The notes under the pieces were generated by a model. The model saw nothing but the letters and a program-made list of their open reading frames with translations. It was not told the DNA's origin and made no database searches. Below are positions 60,367-64,000 of a stretch of DNA of 64,000 bases, in pieces. A program made the translations under genes and the position numbers. The stretch is taken from contig CALVJV010000009.1 in the NCBI GenBank assembly GCA_944332395.1, positions 27,288 through 91,287 on the forward strand, written 5' to 3'. Every line of letters starts with the position of its first letter. Positions within the stretch are counted from its first letter, which is position 1. This stretch comes from an uncultured Clostridia bacterium. GTDB taxonomy: Bacteria > Bacillota > Clostridia > Christensenellales > UBA1242.

Positions 60367-63237
60367 TTATACAAAACCTTTATCGTTTTTGTTATTTTTT
60401 TGTTTTTTAGTTGGTTCGGGTAAATTGGGGATAGTGCGTTTTGGAAGTTTTTTTACAGCTTTTGCAACTACAACAAAAATAACTACACCAACTAAAATTA
60501 AAGAAGAAAGAACAATAAAGAAAATTGCTGTTGGATTGTTTTTTAAACCTGGATTAGATTTGTTTGAAGAGGAATTTTCTGTTGATGAGATATCTATTGT
60601 TTTTAAATAATTTGTTGTACCAGATGTAGCAGCTAAATATTCATCTTCAGTTACTGAAGTTGTTGTAATTTCATCAACTAAAATTAATCCACTTGCTTTT
60701 TCTGTTTCGGTTCCTAAGGTTAAACTAGTTTTAAATGTGCCTATTGTGTTGCTGCCTGTTTTTACAATTAGGCTATAAGTTGTCCAACCATTGTTTTCTT
60801 CTGTGGACATCTGACTTGATATTATAAATTTTTCAAGGTCTCCAAGACTGACTATTAAATTGCCATTTAAATTTATTGTTTTTACTGAAAAACTAATTTG
60901 AATGTAACCTGTTGTTGTGTTTGTGACGCCTGCAGTATGAGTGGCAGAAATAGCTCCAGCATCGGCAAGATACAATGCTAAATATTCTCCAATTTTTGAT
61001 CCGTCTTTATTAACTAATTGGTCTTTGTATTGATCAAAAATAGAATCTGAATCTATATGTTCAAAGTCAAGAATTCCACCGATCGAATCGGTTAAAGAGT
61101 CGTCAGTTTTTATATCAAAATCTAGTGGGGTATAAACACCATTATTTTTTATTCCGGTATGTGCAAAAAATGAATTTTGATTTACAAATGCACTGGTTGA
61201 TTCATTATTTTGTTTTGCTTGATTATATGTGGTTTCGGTTATGGTTGTACATGTTGCTGCAGCAAAAAATACCGCACCCGAACTCTTTTTGTTTTCACTG
61301 CCTATTGATAATTGTAGGGTTAAACTCAAATCGGAATCAAGAGAGATATAGATATTATAACTTTGCCAATTATTAGATGTGTTTATGTTTTCAAAGTTGG
61401 CAATTTGTGTGTCTCCTGAATATAAAGATATTGAAGCTTCTGCATTTAATTGTGTTTGAACATAAACTGTTAATACTATGTAGGCAGAATTTGATTTTTT
61501 TGCAGTTATTGTGCTACTTTCTATTCCTGCATAAGTTTCTGTCGTGCTTGATATAACATAAGCATTGTATAGTGCCATGTCTTGACCATTTACTTCTATA
61601 TATCCAGGATTGGTTGCTCCGTTTAATGAGTCAATAAAATTCCCAAATGTAAAACCATTATCCGCAGAGTCTTTAATTGATATTATTCCCATCGTTGCAG
61701 AATCTTCTTTATTTCCTAGTTCATTCCATGAATATGCTAATAATGGAGCATGATTTGTTTTCAACTCGTCAAGTTCGGTAGTATCATTGACTTGTTCAAA
61801 AAAACCATTTGTTATGCCTTTGTCGATACTGGGCATATTATCAATTTTATAGGTGCCAGAAGAAAAAGCCGAATAATTGATTTTCTCAACTGTAAAATTG
61901 TTGAGTAAAACAGTTGACTCTTCTCCAACTATAATTGTTAAAGTCGCCGTAGTGTTAGAAATATATGTTGCCCTTACATAGAAAATATATTCAGTCCAAT
62001 CGTTGTATGTGCTATTTGTTGTGCTGCTAGCTAGACTACTTGTTTGTGTTTTGTTTCCTCCACTAATTGTTTCTAATTTAAATTCTAATTCTGCCGTTGT
62101 TGTTTCGGCCTTTGCAAATACGCTAATTCGATATATTCCATATTGCTGAAGTAAAAATGATTTACTGGTAATAGATAATTTTTTCGAAGTTGCGTCTTCG
62201 TCGGTCTCAGATTCATCTTCTGTTTGTTCTTGAGTTGAACTATTGTTTGTTACTTTAAGAACATCTTTATTTTGGAATATTCCGGAGTCATTATCTGATG
62301 CTGCAACTATCTCAAAACTATATTCTACAACTTCTACAGTTTGATTTTCGTCCTCGCCGTCAGTTTTGTTTATGGTCCAATTTGTTTGTCCATCTGTTGA
62401 TACAAAAGATCCGGTTTCTGTAGCACCACTGGATATTTTTCTTTCGCTATGTATTTTGGCCGTGTTTTTGGACACTGATTGTTCAGAATAATACTCAAAA
62501 CTAGCTCTATCTATTTTTGTTAATGTAATTTCATCAAAAAATACTACGCCCGTTGACTGTTTTTCTGAATTTATTCTACTTCCTAACCAAAGTTCTATAT
62601 TACAAGCAGAAGCGGCGCTGGTGCTGGTTATAATGTATAACTCATAAAGAACCCAACCATTGTCTCCATTTGACAATTTGTCATTATTTTCAGTGTTGGT
62701 AGTTTCTATTAAATATTCAACATCAAGTGCATTAGAAAGGCCAAAGCTAAAAGAAACATCTCCTTGAGCTTTTGCATAAACGGTTAGTTTGTAATAACTA
62801 TTTGATGATAGGGTAGTCGTTGATGATGTTTTTATGCCAAAACTTACAGAAGAAACAGAACTATCTTCTTGAGGTTTGAACATTAGCATTAAAACATTTT
62901 TATCTGTGGTTGTTCCACTAGTGCCTGGATTAGTTATACCGTTGGCCGTGAAATCAAAATAATTGGTTGAAGATGGGTCAATTCCTTGTTCTGTTGAAAC
63001 TATTTTTGATATTACATCATCATTTTTTTCGGAAGAATATTGCCATCCTTGTGAAAAATTGGGTTCAGAATTTGCAGACGAAGAAAATGAATTATTTGTT
63101 ATGTCTGACTTTACTGAATAAGCATTAACTATAATCTTTGTTGGAGTAGCTGTTATGCCAAATACCATAAAACAGGCAACTGCCAAACAAATAAATTTTT
63201 TAATTGGGTTTAATTTTTTTGTACTTAATAATTTCAT
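60367..63237 (-). CDS. large surface protein with four tandem jelly-roll (CBM-like) modules and a C-terminal TM anchor
   Basis: 956 aa from ATG 63237. Signal peptide FICLAVACFMVFGITA. There are four ~200-aa modules, each with a ...Y(K/R)(L/I)(T/S)V(Y/F)(A/V)K... strand, a later W..Y strand and a terminal G.(V/L)(F/L).DE(I/F)T block. The C-terminal helix AIFFIVLSSLILVGVVIFVVV is followed by a basic tail. No LPXTG. Confidence 0.7.
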   Translation of the reverse strand: MKLLSTKKLNPIKKFICLAVACFMVFGITATPTKIIVNAYSVKSDITNNSFSSSANSEPNFSQGWQYSSEKNDDVISKIVSTEQGIDPSSTNYFDFTANGITNPGTSGTTTDKNVLMLMFKPQEDSSVSSVSFGIKTSSTTTLSSNSYYKLTVYAKAQGDVSFSFGLSNALDVEYLIETTNTENNDKLSNGDNGWVLYELYIITSTSAASACNIELWLGSRINSEKQSTGVVFFDEITLTKIDRASFEYYSEQSVSKNTAKIHSERKISSGATETGSFVSTDGQTNWTINKTDGEDENQTVEVVEYSFEIVAASDNDSGIFQNKDVLKVTNNSSTQEQTEDESETDEDATSKKLSITSKSFLLQQYGIYRISVFAKAETTTAELEFKLETISGGNKTQTSSLASSTTNSTYNDWTEYIFYVRATYISNTTATLTIIVGEESTVLLNNFTVEKINYSAFSSGTYKIDNMPSIDKGITNGFFEQVNDTTELDELKTNHAPLLAYSWNELGNKEDSATMGIISIKDSADNGFTFGNFIDSLNGATNPGYIEVNGQDMALYNAYVISSTTETYAGIESSTITAKKSNSAYIVLTVYVQTQLNAEASISLYSGDTQIANFENINTSNNWQSYNIYISLDSDLSLTLQLSIGSENKKSSGAVFFAAATCTTITETTYNQAKQNNESTSAFVNQNSFFAHTGIKNNGVYTPLDFDIKTDDSLTDSIGGILDFEHIDSDSIFDQYKDQLVNKDGSKIGEYLALYLADAGAISATHTAGVTNTTTGYIQISFSVKTINLNGNLIVSLGDLEKFIISSQMSTEENNGWTTYSLIVKTGSNTIGTFKTSLTLGTETEKASGLILVDEITTTSVTEDEYLAATSGTTNYLKTIDISSTENSSSNKSNPGLKNNPTAIFFIVLSSLILVGVVIFVVVAKAVKKLPKRTIPNLPEPTKKQKNNKNDKGFV

Positions 63238-63352
63238 ATCAACCTGCCTTTTAATTATCACACAATATTGTATAAAAAATAACCCTAAAAAGCAAACCAT
63301 TTTTGTTTACTTTTGCATGAAATTATAATAAATACAAAAAATAATTATTAAT

Positions 63353-63748
63353 ATGAATTCAAAATCTCAAAAAAGTATTAATAATTTTAAGAAATGGCAG
63401 GAAATTTTAATTTTATTAACCATTGGCTGTGTAATTGGCTTTATTAATGGTTTTTTGGGTGCGGGTGGCGGAATTTTGTTAGTACCTCTTCTAACTTTTG
63501 TTATTAAGGAACCTGTAAAAATAGCGCATGCAACTGCTGTGGTTGTAATTTTGCCATTGTGTATTGCGAGTGGGATAGTTTATATTCTAAAGGGTTTTTA
63601 TGATATTAAAATAGGTTGGGGGATTCTTGTAGGAACAATTTTGGGAGGCGTTATTGGAACTTTTTTGTTAAAAAAATTAGCAAATGATTGGATTTCTTTA
63701 ATTTTTGCTTTAGTTATGGTTTTTGCGGGAATATATTTAATAGTTTAG
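63353..63748 (+). CDS. half-size TSUP (TauE/SafE) family membrane protein
   Basis: 131 aa, about 4 TM helices, with GFLGAGGGILLVPLL and a C-terminal LLKKL....LIFALVMVFAGIYL. The gene ends in TAG. Confidence 0.7.
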   Translation: MNSKSQKSINNFKKWQEILILLTIGCVIGFINGFLGAGGGILLVPLLTFVIKEPVKIAHATAVVVILPLCIASGIVYILKGFYDIKIGWGILVGTILGGVIGTFLLKKLANDWISLIFALVMVFAGIYLIV

Positions 63749-63757
63749 GGGTGGTTT

Positions 63758-64000
63758 ATGGATTGGTTATATTATATTTTAATTAGCATTTTTTCTGGCG
63801 TTTTTGCTGGCATGGGAATGGGCGGAGGAACTTTTTTGATTCCTTTATTAGCACTTTTTATGAAGACAGAACAAATCCAAGCACAAGCGCAAAATTTAGT
63901 TGTATTTGTGCCAATGGCGATTGTGGTTACCATAATTTATTCATGTCAAAAACTTGTTGATTGGCAAAGAGTTTGGTTAATTGTGTTACCGGCCACTGGA
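63758..64000 (+). CDS. TSUP (TauE/SafE) family membrane protein, 5' part (runs off the window)
   Basis: My own translation is MDWLYYILISIFSGVFAGMGMGGGTFLIPLLALFMKTEQIQAQAQNLVVFVPMAI..., a typical TSUP N-terminus. The ATG lies 9 nt after the previous stop. Confidence 0.65.
   Translation, partial: MDWLYYILISIFSGVFAGMGMGGGTFLIPLLALFMKTEQIQAQAQNLVVFVPMAIVVTIIYSCQKLVDWQRVWLIVLPATG

Overview
AT-rich, gene-dense chromosomal segment whose gene content and order fit a low-GC Gram-positive (Bacillota/Firmicutes-like) organism, probably an uncultured lineage. The standard code applies: TAA, TGA and TAG all terminate recognisable genes. Most of the window is housekeeping: leuS (partial), rplM-rpsI, trxB, ung, acpP, rpoB-rpoC, tadA, pth-mfd, pyk, groES-groEL, sepF plus a DivIVA-like gene, a ywlE-like gene with rpiB, glyQS, a MacB-type ABC pair and uvrB-uvrA. 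Cell-envelope enzymes are interspersed: a CwlD-like amidase, M1, M14 and M23 peptidases, a CPBP protease and an HtrA-like protease. There are also several large, poorly characterised surface proteins with Big_2, GLUG-type beta-helix, BspA-type LRR or repeated jelly-roll modules. I saw no rRNA, tRNA, CRISPR array, transposase or integrase. The items most worth a second look, with the first being the best candidate for an undescribed system: (1) a self-contained three-gene cassette at 17.7-19.1 kb, a HicB-fold protein plus two proteins with no family I recognise, sitting immediately after rpoC where rpsL-rpsG-fusA-tuf is usually found; (2) a GlmM-like phosphohexomutase paralog in which every catalytic motif is degenerate; (3) an RpoC trigger loop reading MDSKH instead of the near-universal MRTFH, plus substitutions in the RpoB rifampicin-resistance region; (4) a ~1067-codon GLUG-repeat surface protein gene interrupted by one in-frame TAG, in a surface-protein locus whose last gene is translationally coupled to a stand-alone Smr nuclease domain; (5) a recurring promoter geometry, an extended -10 element 6-7 nt before an ATG with no Shine-Dalgarno, suggesting several leaderless mRNAs; (6) a 5'-truncated nucleoside phosphorylase remnant. 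All functional calls come from motif recognition by eye, and no database search was possible.
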